This document shows positions 25,864-36,355 of a stretch of DNA of 64,000 nucleotides, piece after piece. The DNA lies in NCBI GenBank assembly GCA_039815185.1, contig JBCBZT010000009.1, forward strand, positions 96,001-160,000, in the 5' to 3' direction. The stretch's first letter is position 1; the number at the start of each line of letters is the position of its first letter. The notes beneath the pieces were generated by a model that saw nothing but the letters and a program-made list of their open reading frames with translations, searched no databases and was not told the origin of the DNA. The DNA comes from Cyanobacteria bacterium P01_A01_bin.123. Lineage in GTDB: Bacteria; Cyanobacteriota; Cyanobacteriia; Phormidesmidales; Phormidesmidaceae. The position numbers and the translations under genes are program-made.

Positions 25864-26826
25864 TCAGTAAGTTGCCTGGAGGCGACTTAACAAATACTCT
25901 CCTGATTTAATCGGCGCATAGCGGGGGGGATTGTCTTCGCTCTGGCAACTGGGAAAACAGACGATCTCCGCATCGGCATCAGGCTGACAAAAGAAGGCAA
26001 TGGAGTAGCGATCGCGACCTGCCTGGCTGCCCTGGGGCAGCGCCACCCGGTGCTGGGTCGAACGAAAGACATCATTGCTCCACCGCTGAGTCAAATCGCC
26101 AGTATTGATCAAAATTGCCTCTGGTATGGCAGGGGCCGCAATCCAGTCCCCATTGGCCAATTGCACTTCTAATCCACCGACATCGTCCTGAAATAGAAGC
26201 GTTAGAGTGCCGTAGTCGGAATGAGCACCCGCTCGAATTTGCCCCGGCTTCGGTAGGGTCTCTAAGGGGGGATAGTGCAAGAGGCGCAGCGTATAATCGC
26301 AGGACTGATGCTGATCGACAATGAAGGTTTCAGGCATCTGGAGGGCGATCGCAAACGCCCGAAAAATACGACTGGCAGCCGTTGAGCAGACGTCAAAGAA
26401 ATTGCTGAGGGTTGCTTTAAACGCATCCTGTCCATCAGGCCATTGATTGATGTCTAGGACTTGCTGACTGGCACTGCCCGCTTCTGGCGAGACTCCTCGA
26501 CCTATATTGAAGGCTTCTTTCAAATCCCCTGGTCGGGTCTCATCTAATCGCTCTCGTTCAATGCCGATATAGCCGCGATTACTGGCTTCCGTTGACCAGG
26601 CGATTTGTTGTTTTTGGGCTGACGGTAACGCAAAGAAATGGTGAGATTGCGCTAATGCCTGGTCAATTTTGAACTGAGGCACGCCATGATTTTTTAAGTA
26701 CATAAACCCGACTTCATGACAGGCATGGTAAATAGCCTGGGCAACGGTTTGCTGACCCACAGGGTCGTGTTCTAAAAAAGGGGTGAAGTCAATAACAGGC
26801 AGGTTTACAGCAGTTTCAATAGCCAC
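25864..26826 (-). CDS. 2OG-Fe(II) dioxygenase, isopenicillin N synthase family
   Basis: LPVIDF, GFMYLKNHGV, LRLLHYP, HSDYG, H...RYS triad. Start taken at GTG 26826. Confidence 0.9.
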   Translation of the reverse strand: MAIETAVNLPVIDFTPFLEHDPVGQQTVAQAIYHACHEVGFMYLKNHGVPQFKIDQALAQSHHFFALPSAQKQQIAWSTEASNRGYIGIERERLDETRPGDLKEAFNIGRGVSPEAGSASQQVLDINQWPDGQDAFKATLSNFFDVCSTAASRIFRAFAIALQMPETFIVDQHQSCDYTLRLLHYPPLETLPKPGQIRAGAHSDYGTLTLLFQDDVGGLEVQLANGDWIAAPAIPEAILINTGDLTQRWSNDVFRSTQHRVALPQGSQAGRDRYSIAFFCQPDADAEIVCFPSCQSEDNPPRYAPIKSGEYLLSRLQATY

Positions 26827-26893
26827 AATGAACCTTGGATGGGGGTTACAAATGCTCTGGCGATCGCGATGGTAGACCGCTGGCAGGTGAAGG

Positions 26894-27697
26894 CTAACCT
26901 TTGGCAATAGGATGGCGATTGGTCAGGTTAAAACGGTAGCCATGGGGCAGGATGTGAAGCTTAACGCCAAACACAGCCAGGGGGTCATCACGCAGCAAAC
27001 GATCGAGGTTGTTGTAGGTGGTATCTGATTCGTCCACAACGGTGACGGCTCCTTCACCAATCACTTCCAACTCGTCTCCTTCAACAATGACGGCTGTATT
27101 TTCATCAATGCCCAGACCCATGACGCTAGGCTCCATCAATAGAGCAGTGAGCAAGCGCCCTAAGCGACCCCGCTGGGCGAAATGCTGATCGACTAAAATG
27201 CCCGTCAAAAAGCCCATACCCCCGCCAAGTTCTACGGCATCAAGGCGGGGATGGGTATCTGAGTCCCCATCAATAATCATCACGTCAGGCATAATAGCGG
27301 CGCCAGCGCTGGTCCCCGCGACGACAGCCCCGTCCCGATGGCGTTTATGAATCGCATCGTCAAGTAGGGTGTCTTTGATTAATCGAATCACGCGGGACTG
27401 ATCGCCGCCCGTGAAAAAGATGCCCGTAGTCTCAGCGATCGCTTCTAGCACGTCATATTCGTCAGCATCTTCCCGTTCTTCTGTGATCACCACCTGGACG
27501 TCTTCAGCCCCTAAATCCTTAAATAGGCGGGTATACTCCTCCCCGGCTTCTCGTTGGTAGGTGGTTGCAGCAGTAATCACGGTGATCCGGGCTTTAATGC
27601 CCCCAGCACGGCGCACGAATTCCCGCAAAATTAAGCGGGTGTCCTCTCGGTCTTCTGCACCCCCAATGATCACCAAGGGGCCAGCTGCATTGCCCAT
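26894..27697 (-). CDS. cphB: Cyanophycinase (peptidase S51)
   Basis: IIGGAED, FFTGGDQ, GTSAGA (Ser), DQHF (His), GIDE (Glu). No adjacent cphA. Confidence 0.85.
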   Translation of the reverse strand: MGNAAGPLVIIGGAEDREDTRLILREFVRRAGGIKARITVITAATTYQREAGEEYTRLFKDLGAEDVQVVITEEREDADEYDVLEAIAETTGIFFTGGDQSRVIRLIKDTLLDDAIHKRHRDGAVVAGTSAGAAIMPDVMIIDGDSDTHPRLDAVELGGGMGFLTGILVDQHFAQRGRLGRLLTALLMEPSVMGLGIDENTAVIVEGDELEVIGEGAVTVVDESDTTYNNLDRLLRDDPLAVFGVKLHILPHGYRFNLTNRHPIAKG

Positions 27698-27915
27698 ACC
27701 GTTTGTCCTTTATTGCGGGGTTGACGGGGTCAAAGGGTTAAGTCATTCCCCAGTGTATCGGCAATAGTCAAGCATTTGACGAGACGAGACCAGGCCCTAA
27801 AAACATCTCAGCAATCTTTGGCTCACATTGTCCTATCCCGGCTATCTTTTGTTAGATTGTCAGGACGCTTTTACAAAGTCATTTAGCTGTTGCATCTAAC
27901 CGCAGCTTAAACGCC

Positions 27916-29757
27916 ATGTTCTCAAAAGAGAAATTAGACGGATTAAAAGATAAATTAAAAGACAAAAAGCTGCCGCTGCGATTAATCATGGGTACGGTGG
28001 CGCTGGGTATTGTGGGTGGGGCGATCGCCTATGGCTGGGTTGTCGTGCGTAATTTAGGCCCCAAAAATTTACCTGTAGGCGTTGAGGCCGTGCCCCAAGA
28101 TGCCCTGATGACCATGACCGTATCTACAGATACTGCCGAGTGGCGACAGCTCAGAAGATTCGGCACACCAGAGACCCAAACTCAGTGGGATGGGGTATTG
28201 GTCGAGTGGCGCGATCGCTTGTTGAGTGACAACGGGTTTGACTTTGAGACAGACATCCGCCCTTGGGTCGGGGACGATATCACCGTAGCGTTACTACCGG
28301 AGGCAACCGATGCCATCGTACCCCCCGGTGAGAATCGTGAGGGGCTGACCCAACCGTTGGTGGTGCTGCTGCCCATCGCTGATGTGGCTGCGGCCCGAGC
28401 CATGCTAGGGGAGGAAGAAGGACGACAGATTACGCCCCGTGACTACCGAGGCATCGAACTGCAAGAGATGCAGGAAACCGATGGCACAACGATGATAGCG
28501 GCGGTGTTGAGCCCCAAACTGGTGCTGGTGGCAACGACCTCAGGCGCAGCGGAAGCCGCGATCGATGCCTTTAAGGGAGGTAAGTCGATCGCAGATTTAA
28601 CGGGTTATGAGAATGCCGTGAGCCAGGCCCAAAAGAGTGAGGCGTTCGCAGAATTTTATCTAAATCTCCCCCAGGTGACCCAAGCGATCGCCCTCAATAC
28701 CGAACCGCCGTTACCGGCTGTTGGGTTGATTCCTTTCAAGCAAAACCAAGGTATGGTGGGCAGCCTTGAGCTGCGGGGAGACGGCATCCACATTCGGGGG
28801 GTGAGTTGGTTGACGGTGGGTAGCGATCGCACCTATGCCGTTGACAACAGCCCCAGCACCCTTGCCCGCAAACTGCCTGCCTCGACTTTGATGATGGCGT
28901 CGGGGCTCAATTTGCGCCAGTTTTGGATTAACTATTCCCAGGGTGCGACAGCAGGGTCATTGCTCCCTTTTAACCCAGATAATTTGCGCGTGGCCCTGCA
29001 AACCACGACAGGGCTCGACCTCGATGCAGACATTCTCTCGTGGATGGAAGGGGAATTTGCGATCGCCGTCGTAGAAGCCCCAGAATCTGAGCGATCTGCC
29101 CCAGACCCGCCCAATCAAGCGCCAGATGAAGCAGGAGCGGGAGAAGCCGTTGAACCCGTAGAACTGCCCGTAGGCTTTGCCTTTCTGGTCACCGTCAGCG
29201 ATCGCAGCGCCGCTGACGAAACCCTAGCTCAACTGGATAAAGTCGTGGGTGATCGGTATCGGTTTGACGTGGAAACAGTCGATTTAGATGGTGTTGCTGC
29301 CATCCGTTGGACCTCTCCCTTTCAGTCACTGGTGATGACCCACGGCTGGCTCGACAGTGACACTGCCTTTTTTACGTTGGGAGAGGGCGTAGCCAAGATG
29401 ATCGTCCCTAACCCCCGGCGATCGCTAGCGGAAACCAAACTGTTTCAGACCACCACTTCCCTCGCCCCCAAGGATAATAATGGTCACTTCTTTGTTGACA
29501 CTGAACAAATTTTGCAAACCGAATCCCTGTTTCAGCCGCAGGTAGATGAGTCTGGGGATGCTCAACCCATTACTAGCGTAGTTGAGGCGTTGGGGGTGAC
29601 GGCTGCGATCGCAGACAACCGCAACGTTGTTTACGACGTATATGTGCTGCTGAAAGCAGGTAGGCGCCCCGGTGCCTTGCCCGATTCAAAGCCTCAGCCA
29701 GAGCCGGAACCGGATGGAGCCACTGAAGAAGCTGATCCCCCCGCTGAAACCCCTTAA
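27916..29757 (+). CDS. DUF3352 domain protein, N-terminally anchored
   Basis: N-terminal TM; DFETDIRPWVGDDITVA and DILSWMEGEFAIA motifs. Confidence 0.8.
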   Translation: MFSKEKLDGLKDKLKDKKLPLRLIMGTVALGIVGGAIAYGWVVVRNLGPKNLPVGVEAVPQDALMTMTVSTDTAEWRQLRRFGTPETQTQWDGVLVEWRDRLLSDNGFDFETDIRPWVGDDITVALLPEATDAIVPPGENREGLTQPLVVLLPIADVAAARAMLGEEEGRQITPRDYRGIELQEMQETDGTTMIAAVLSPKLVLVATTSGAAEAAIDAFKGGKSIADLTGYENAVSQAQKSEAFAEFYLNLPQVTQAIALNTEPPLPAVGLIPFKQNQGMVGSLELRGDGIHIRGVSWLTVGSDRTYAVDNSPSTLARKLPASTLMMASGLNLRQFWINYSQGATAGSLLPFNPDNLRVALQTTTGLDLDADILSWMEGEFAIAVVEAPESERSAPDPPNQAPDEAGAGEAVEPVELPVGFAFLVTVSDRSAADETLAQLDKVVGDRYRFDVETVDLDGVAAIRWTSPFQSLVMTHGWLDSDTAFFTLGEGVAKMIVPNPRRSLAETKLFQTTTSLAPKDNNGHFFVDTEQILQTESLFQPQVDESGDAQPITSVVEALGVTAAIADNRNVVYDVYVLLKAGRRPGALPDSKPQPEPEPDGATEEADPPAETP

Positions 29758-29838
29758 TCTTTAAACAATCATCCAAGTCATGGGTAAGGCATCAGTCGGT
29801 AGCATAATAGACATATTAGAACTCAACGATTTTGTCCC

Positions 29839-30867
29839 ATGGATTTGGTCACGCTTCAGGGGTTGCTCGACAACAGCGCCTTCGCGATTTTGTTTGTCAC
29901 CATGCTGGTTTATTGGATCGGGGCTGCTTTTCCTCAGATTCCCGGACTCATTACAGCCGGGACAGGCGGTATGGCGATCGCTAACCTATGTATCGCTGCC
30001 CTGCTCATTGCTCGGTGGATCGAAGCAGGTTATTTCCCCCTAAGTAATCTGTATGAGTCGCTCTTCTTCTTGGCTTGGGGGATTACGGCGATTCATTTAC
30101 TGGCCGAACAAATGAGCCGCAGCCGTTTAGTTGGGGTCGCCACTGCTCCAGTAGCCATGGGCATTAGCGCCTTCGCGACCCTCACGCTGCCAGCTCGCAT
30201 GCAGGTGTCTGAACCCTTGGTGCCAGCACTTAAGTCCAACTGGTTAATGATGCATGTCAGCGTCATGCTGCTGAGCTACGCCACACTGCTGGTGGGCGCG
30301 TTGCTGGCGATCGCGTTTTTGATTGTCACCTGGGGCCAACCCGTGGAGCTACGGGGCAGTTCCGTCGGCACAGGCGGGTTCCGCAAAGGTCGCTATCCGC
30401 TCAAGCGTGCTGAAGACGAAGCAGTCAATCTACCTGTGACCACCCCCGCCTCCAATCCCGCTGGCAGTGCTGCGAGCGGGACAGCCGTGCTTGAGCGAGT
30501 AGAAACGGCACCCGCCACGTCAGCGCCAACCCTCTCCCCCCAGCGGCTGACCCTGGCCGACGTGCTCGACAATATCAGCTACCGCATGATTGGATTGGGA
30601 TTTCCACTGCTGACCATCGGCATTATTGCCGGAGCCGTTTGGGCAAACGAAGCCTGGGGTTCCTACTGGAGCTGGGATCCCAAAGAAACCTGGGCGCTGA
30701 TTACCTGGTTGGTATTTGCCGCCTATCTCCATGCCCGCATCACCAAAGGTTGGCAAGGCCGACGCCCAGCCATTTTAGCCGCCTCTGGGTTTGTCGTGGT
30801 TTGGGTGTGTTATCTCGGGGTGAATATTTTAGGTAAAGGACTTCATAGTTACGGTTGGTTCTTTTAA
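29839..30867 (+). CDS. ccsA: Cytochrome c biogenesis protein CcsA (CcsB)
   Basis: [42 protein letters not shown] (WWD domain). Confidence 0.96.
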   Translation: MDLVTLQGLLDNSAFAILFVTMLVYWIGAAFPQIPGLITAGTGGMAIANLCIAALLIARWIEAGYFPLSNLYESLFFLAWGITAIHLLAEQMSRSRLVGVATAPVAMGISAFATLTLPARMQVSEPLVPALKSNWLMMHVSVMLLSYATLLVGALLAIAFLIVTWGQPVELRGSSVGTGGFRKGRYPLKRAEDEAVNLPVTTPASNPAGSAASGTAVLERVETAPATSAPTLSPQRLTLADVLDNISYRMIGLGFPLLTIGIIAGAVWANEAWGSYWSWDPKETWALITWLVFAAYLHARITKGWQGRRPAILAASGFVVVWVCYLGVNILGKGLHSYGWFF

Positions 30868-30906
30868 CGTCCACACCGCCTAGTCTGAAATCGGATCCAA
30901 AAGCCC

Positions 30907-32274
30907 TTGAATGATCCTCTCCGCAATTCGCTAATTTCCTCTCCAGACTCCCAAGATGCCGCTGCGTTGCTCCAGGGATTTGCCCGCTTTGGGGTAGACC
31001 TGGGTCTCGATCGCATCCAAAAACTCCTGAGCGACTTGGGTAATCCTCACCAGTTGGTGCCGATCATTCACGTTGCTGGAACGAATGGTAAAGGGTCAGT
31101 TTGTGCTTACCTGTCGTCGGTGCTGACTGCTGCAGGCTACCGGGTGGGTCGCTACACCTCTCCCCATCTAGTGAGTTGGCATGAGCGCATTTGTATCAAC
31201 CAGCAGCCCATCGATGAAGCTGTGCTTAGCGCCCGACTGCATCAGGCGATCGCCGCCATTGATCCCAAAGCGCCCACCCCCACACAGTTCGAGGTGATAA
31301 CTGCGGCAGCGTGGCTCCATTTTGCCGAAGAGGAGGTGGATATTGCCGTCATGGAGGTCGGCCTGGGGGGACGGCTGGATGCTACTAACGTCTGCGATCG
31401 CCCCCTAGTCAGCATCATCACGTCGATTAGCAAAGACCATTGGCAGCGTCTTGGCCCCACCGTTGGAGACATTGCTGGCGAAAAAGCGGGCATTCTCAAA
31501 TTCCAATGCCCTGCGGTGATTGCGCCCCAGGTATCAGAGGTGCGCCAGGTGATCGAAACTAAGCTGGCCGAACTTGACTGTCCCGCAATCTGGGTACAGC
31601 CTGCAACAGCAGATCAGCAGGGACAATTGACGGCTCAAACCAGCTTGGGTTCTGTAAGCTACTCCCTAGGATTGCTGGGCGACCACCAGCGGATTAATTC
31701 TGCCGTCGCGATCGCAGCCCTTCAGACCCTAAAGCAGCAGGGTTGGAACCTTTCAGACACCGCTATCCAAACCGGGATGGCATCGGCGCGGTGGCCAGGA
31801 CGATTGCAGTGGGTGACTTGGTCGCCTAGTCACGGGCAGTCCGCCCAGGGGACAGAGTTGAAACTCTTAATTGATGGTGCCCACAATCCTGCTGCTGCCG
31901 CTGCGCTGCGGCCCTATGTAGACTATTTGCTGGCAGTAAAGGCGACCGCAAATTTCCCTAAACCCAGCGTTACCTGGATCATGGGTATGCTAGCGACCAA
32001 AGACCACAGCGATATTTTTCGAGCATTGCTGCGTCCCGGCGATCGCCTACACTTAGTCCCCGTTCCTGGGCATTTATCGGAGTCGACTGAAACGCTAGCC
32101 GCGATCGCCAAAGCGACCTGTTCTCAACTAGCCCAGTGCCAGTCTCATCGTGATGTCATGACTGCGTTAGAAACGGTAGCGTCTACGCCAGCAGAGAGGA
32201 TGCCCGTAACCGTATTGTGTGGCTCCCTGTATCTCGTTGGCGATTTTCTTCACCGCCTCAAAACGCAGGCTTAA
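30907..32274 (+). CDS. folC: Folylpolyglutamate synthase/dihydrofolate synthase
   Basis: HVAGTNGKGS, YTSPHL, EVGLGGRLDATN, WPGR, DGAHN, GSLYLVG. Confidence 0.95.
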   Translation: MNDPLRNSLISSPDSQDAAALLQGFARFGVDLGLDRIQKLLSDLGNPHQLVPIIHVAGTNGKGSVCAYLSSVLTAAGYRVGRYTSPHLVSWHERICINQQPIDEAVLSARLHQAIAAIDPKAPTPTQFEVITAAAWLHFAEEEVDIAVMEVGLGGRLDATNVCDRPLVSIITSISKDHWQRLGPTVGDIAGEKAGILKFQCPAVIAPQVSEVRQVIETKLAELDCPAIWVQPATADQQGQLTAQTSLGSVSYSLGLLGDHQRINSAVAIAALQTLKQQGWNLSDTAIQTGMASARWPGRLQWVTWSPSHGQSAQGTELKLLIDGAHNPAAAAALRPYVDYLLAVKATANFPKPSVTWIMGMLATKDHSDIFRALLRPGDRLHLVPVPGHLSESTETLAAIAKATCSQLAQCQSHRDVMTALETVASTPAERMPVTVLCGSLYLVGDFLHRLKTQA

Positions 32275-32750
32275 GACTTTTGAGCCCCCAGCATCAACCG
32301 GCTAAGTTCAAGAATGGGCAAAAACAGTTCGGCTTCTTGGGGGGTTAAATACTGCCGCACTACATCTTGCATAACCGTATAAGTGACATCACAGCTCCGC
32401 TCGGCTCGAAAAGACTGCATGATGGTTTGAAACCACATCAAGAATCGTTCCCGATAGGTTTCCGCATCATCCAACAAAAGCGCCACGGCGGCATAACGCA
32501 ATACCCTCACCGTATCTCGCTTCCACTTGGCACTCATGTCTACCGTCCCACTGATGAGTAGGGTCGGATCAATCGCCGCCATCTTTTGCTGGACTTGATC
32601 GACAATGGCAACCTCTGCTTTTTGTAATCGCTGATAGGCACTAAAGCGTGTCCGTGCTGATTTTAAGTAGGTTTGCAAAAACAAAAGTTCGCGGTCGGTG
32701 GCGTAGCGTCCATCAGTGGCGATACTCAGGTGTTCAAGCTGGCTTAACAT
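32271..32750 (-). CDS. Phycobiliprotein-like (globin-fold) protein lacking the bilin-binding Cys
   Basis: DGRY...EL N-terminus and KWKRDTVRVLRY where phycobiliproteins have CxRD..xxLRY. Start taken at MLSQL. Confidence 0.75.
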   Translation of the reverse strand: MLSQLEHLSIATDGRYATDRELLFLQTYLKSARTRFSAYQRLQKAEVAIVDQVQQKMAAIDPTLLISGTVDMSAKWKRDTVRVLRYAAVALLLDDAETYRERFLMWFQTIMQSFRAERSCDVTYTVMQDVVRQYLTPQEAELFLPILELSRLMLGAQKS

Positions 32751-32880
32751 AAAGAACTCTATACCTTTGGCGGAAACGCAATCGTCTAACAGGCTTATGC
32801 CTAAGCAGCTAAAAGTTTCTAGCAATTTCTATGTAAAAACTTTGAGCTAGCCCAAGACCAAAGATATAGTCTAAAGCTTT

Positions 32881-33231
32881 TTAGTATCTCGGTATCGATG
32901 GGTCAATCCTGCAGGCGTAGGCATCAATCCCCCCGACTAAATTTTTGACGTGGGTAAAGCCTTGCTGGGCCAGCCATTGGCACATTTGCGCCGACCGCAT
33001 GCCGTGATGGCACATGACAATAGTTTCAATGGATGGATCAAACCGTTGGGCGATGGTCTCTGCCCACTCGGCATATTCACTCAACGGTAAATTTTCAAAC
33101 TGCTCTAGGGCCGCGATCGCCACTTCCTGAGGTTCTCGCACATCGATGAGCTGTAGCTGCTCATCCGCCGTCAGCCATTTTTGCTGAAACGCCTGGACGT
33201 CAATTTCTGCAAAGGGTGGGGGAGATGTCAT
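32881..33231 (-). CDS. Rhodanese-like domain protein
   Basis: LIDVREP.E, CHHGMRS, NLVGGIDAY. Confidence 0.92.
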   Translation of the reverse strand: MTSPPPFAEIDVQAFQQKWLTADEQLQLIDVREPQEVAIAALEQFENLPLSEYAEWAETIAQRFDPSIETIVMCHHGMRSAQMCQWLAQQGFTHVKNLVGGIDAYACRIDPSIPRY

Positions 33232-33242
33232 CAGGTATAAAT

Positions 33243-34223
33243 TTATGACAACCAGCGAGCAATGTCTTTGGCGTGGTAAGTCAGCACCAAGTCAGCGCCG
33301 GCCCGCTTGAAGCTGGTCATGGTTTCAAGCACCACTTTTTCCTCATCGATCCAGCCGTTGAGGGCCGCTGCCTTAATCATCGAGTATTCTCCTGAGACGT
33401 TGTAGGCCGCAACAGGTAGATTGGTAGCTTCTTTTACCCGCCAAATGATGTCCATGTAAGAGAGGGCGGGCTTCACCATCAACATATCAGCGCCCTCGGC
33501 AATATCTAGGGCAATTTCCTTCAAAGCTTCTTGGCCATTGGCCGGATCCATCTGATAAGTCCGGCGATCGCCAAATTGAGGGGCAGATTCTGCGGCATCC
33601 CGAAAGGGGCCATAATACGCCGACGAATACTTAGCTGCGTAAGACAAGATGGGTAGATGCTCAAATCCAGCGTCATCTAGGCCACTGCGAATAGCCTGCA
33701 CAAAGCCGTCCATCATGCCAGAAGGGGCGATGATATCGGCCCCGGCGTTAGCTTGAGAAACAGCCGTTTTCTTCAACAGTTCCAACGTTGGATCGTTGAG
33801 CACCCGCCCGGTTAAATCCCCGACCTCTAAATAGCCACAATGGCCGTGGGAGGTATATTCGCAGAGGCATGTATCCACGACGACCATCAGATCGGGCACA
33901 GCCTGTTTTACCGCTTCTGTGGCCTTTTGAACAATGCCACAGTCATGCCATGCCCCCGTTGCTTCGGTATCTTTGTCATCGGGAATGCCAAAGAGAATAA
34001 TTGAGGGAATGCCCAAGTCATAAACCGCTTTTGCCTCGTCCACAATCTTGTCGACGGAAAGCTGAAATACCCCTGGCATGGAAGACACTTCTTGAGCCAC
34101 GCTGCTGCCCGGAACCGCAAATAGGGGATAGATCAAGTCATTCGTGGTGACAATATTCTCCTGCACCATGCGACGCAGTTGAGGATGGTTCCGTAGACGG
34201 CGGGGGCGATGGGTCGGAAACAT
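33243..34223 (-). CDS. hemB: Porphobilinogen synthase (ALA dehydratase)
   Basis: [39 protein letters not shown]. Confidence 0.97.
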   Translation of the reverse strand: MFPTHRPRRLRNHPQLRRMVQENIVTTNDLIYPLFAVPGSSVAQEVSSMPGVFQLSVDKIVDEAKAVYDLGIPSIILFGIPDDKDTEATGAWHDCGIVQKATEAVKQAVPDLMVVVDTCLCEYTSHGHCGYLEVGDLTGRVLNDPTLELLKKTAVSQANAGADIIAPSGMMDGFVQAIRSGLDDAGFEHLPILSYAAKYSSAYYGPFRDAAESAPQFGDRRTYQMDPANGQEALKEIALDIAEGADMLMVKPALSYMDIIWRVKEATNLPVAAYNVSGEYSMIKAAALNGWIDEEKVVLETMTSFKRAGADLVLTYHAKDIARWLS

Positions 34224-34421
34224 AGGGGTGTCAGTGGATAAGATTAACAATGAACATGGGGTGTGGTGAAAAACGAAAGTCGTCTGAAACGGCCAACCCG
34301 GTTATTCAAACACCTTAAACCCGAGTAGATTGTTTTAAAGTCTAAAGCCTGACTGTACCCAATGCTCACTCAAAAAGTTACGTTCTGTGAAAGCCATCCT
34401 GAAAGGCGTGTTCATGCTGTT

Positions 34422-34446
34422 TCTCTTTCGGAGACGCTGCGCGAAC
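34422..34446. repeat. Small dispersed palindromic repeat, second copy
   Basis: Reverse complement GTTCGCGCAGCGTCTCCGAAAGAGA is similar to 1797-1821. Confidence 0.55.
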
Positions 34447-34538
34447 AAGTTTTCAAATCGGGTGTGGTTTATGTTACGAGCGTTTCGGTTGTGTGCTATC
34501 GTTATTACCCGTGTTTGAAAATTGGCACATTCTTGAGT

Positions 34539-34610
34539 GGGTCGCTAGCTCAGCGGTAGAGCACTCGGCTTTTAACCGATCGGTCCTGGGTTCGAATCCC
34601 AGGCGACCCA
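34539..34610 (+). tRNA. trnK: tRNA-Lys (anticodon TTT)
   Basis: GGGTCGC/GCGACCC acceptor stem, D-arm GCTCAGCGGTAGAGC, CT-TTT-AA loop, GGTTCGAATCC T-loop; CCA not encoded. Confidence 0.97.
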
Positions 34611-34995
34611 TACGCTTAAATATTTCGGGTTTCAACATGCTGGGGTTCAGGAGTTAATTGTTGGCAGGCTAGCTCCAAGTCAACATCTGATCACAGAGGA
34701 TTCAGCATCCTGCTGCAAGCCATTGATGACCTCTGATATCCTATTCTTAAGAAAGAGTTCAGATTTTTAATCAACTTTGTATGGAACCTGCGATGAGTCA
34801 CACTGGGTCACCCAACGCTGGATCGTTCAGGTTCTTAAAGATACTCTGGGTTGGGTCTTGCTTTAAGTTCTGGGTAAGATTTAGCTGTTTGTCAGAGATG
34901 TCTTAAAATTAATAGGTAAGAACACCTATTGAATCTTTTGAGTTCACCGACTGAATTCAATTGCTTAAAGGCGAGAACACGATTAGGAGGATTAT

Positions 34996-36075
34996 ATGGC
35001 GCTTGTCCCCATGAGGCTGCTGCTGGATCATGCGGCTGAGAACGGTTACGGCATTCCTGCTTATAACGTCAACAACCTTGAGCAGATCCTGTCCATCATG
35101 GATGCTGCTAAAGAAACAGATAGCCCCGTTATTTTGCAAGCATCTCGGGGTGCTCGTAAGTATGCGGGTGAAAACTTCTTGCGTCACTTGGTTCAAGCTG
35201 CGGTTGAGACCCATCCTGAAATTCCTGTGGTCATGCACCAAGACCACGGCAATAGCCCGGCGACCTGCTACTCTGCTATCCGCAACGGGTTTACCAGCGT
35301 CATGATGGACGGTTCTCTAGAAGCAGATGCGAAAACCCCTGCAAGCTTTGAGTACAACGTCCAGGTAACTGCCGAAGTCGTGAAAGTAGCCCACGCCATC
35401 GGTGCCAGTGTAGAAGGAGAACTGGGTTGCCTGGGTTCTTTGGAAACCGGTCAGGGAGAAGCAGAAGACGGTCATGGCTTTGAAGGTGCCCTCAGTAAAG
35501 ATCAATTGCTGACCGATCCGGATGAAGCGGTGCAGTTTGTTCAAGCCACCCAAGTGGATGCTTTGGCGGTTGCCATTGGGACTAGCCATGGTGCTTATAA
35601 GTTCACTCGTAAGCCCACTGGTGAAATTCTGGCCATTAGCCGCATCGAAGAAATTCACTCTCGTCTGCCCAATACCCACCTAGTCATGCACGGGTCTTCT
35701 TCTGTGCCCCAAGAGTGGTTAGATCTGATCAATAAGTATGGGGGGCAGATTCCTGAGACCTACGGTGTACCGGTTGAAGAAATTCAGAAGGGTATCAAGA
35801 GCGGCGTGCGCAAGGTGAATATTGATACCGACAATCGTTTGGCCATTACCGCTGCCATTCGCGAAGCTGCTGCGCAGGATCCTTCTAACTTTGACCCCCG
35901 CCACTTCATGAAGCCTGCAATCAAATACATGAAGCAGGTTTGCCGCGATCGCTATGAGGCCTTCGGCACCGCTGGCAACGCGAGCAAAATCAAGCAAGTC
36001 CCGGTAGATGTCTTTGCCGCTAAGTACGCTTCTGGCGAACTAGAGGCCAAGGTCAAGTCTGCAGCGGTTGTGTAG
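34996..36075 (+). CDS. fbaA: Fructose-bisphosphate aldolase class II
   Basis: [51 protein letters not shown]. Confidence 0.97.
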   Translation: MALVPMRLLLDHAAENGYGIPAYNVNNLEQILSIMDAAKETDSPVILQASRGARKYAGENFLRHLVQAAVETHPEIPVVMHQDHGNSPATCYSAIRNGFTSVMMDGSLEADAKTPASFEYNVQVTAEVVKVAHAIGASVEGELGCLGSLETGQGEAEDGHGFEGALSKDQLLTDPDEAVQFVQATQVDALAVAIGTSHGAYKFTRKPTGEILAISRIEEIHSRLPNTHLVMHGSSSVPQEWLDLINKYGGQIPETYGVPVEEIQKGIKSGVRKVNIDTDNRLAITAAIREAAAQDPSNFDPRHFMKPAIKYMKQVCRDRYEAFGTAGNASKIKQVPVDVFAAKYASGELEAKVKSAAVV

Positions 36076-36141
36076 ATTGCTTAAGTTGTTTTTGAGTCTT
36101 TGAGCAACTGTTCGTGACTCAAAACGCCGCCGAATAATTGC

Positions 36142-36173
36142 AAAGGGGGATGGCTTTGTACGCCATCCCTTTT
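36142..36173 (+). terminator. Intrinsic terminator after fbaA
   Basis: GGGATGGC-TTTGTAC-GCCATCCC followed by TTTT. Confidence 0.75.
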
Positions 36174-36355
36174 ATTGTCTGGCAATCGCCACAATGCGCT
36201 TGAGAAATTATCGTAAATCAACGCTTTGAATCTTCGATCGGTGGTGATGGGATGATAGAACGGGAGAGCGGATTCGGCGGATGATTCCAGCTTGAGGCGA
36301 TTTTCCCGATTAGAATGCCTGATATCGCCCTATTGACACCTAGCCCCTGTAGTTC

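Noticed and set aside
34539..34995. Integrative element at tRNA-Lys
   Set aside because: No integrase, no duplicated tRNA 3' end noticed, and both flanks are core genes.
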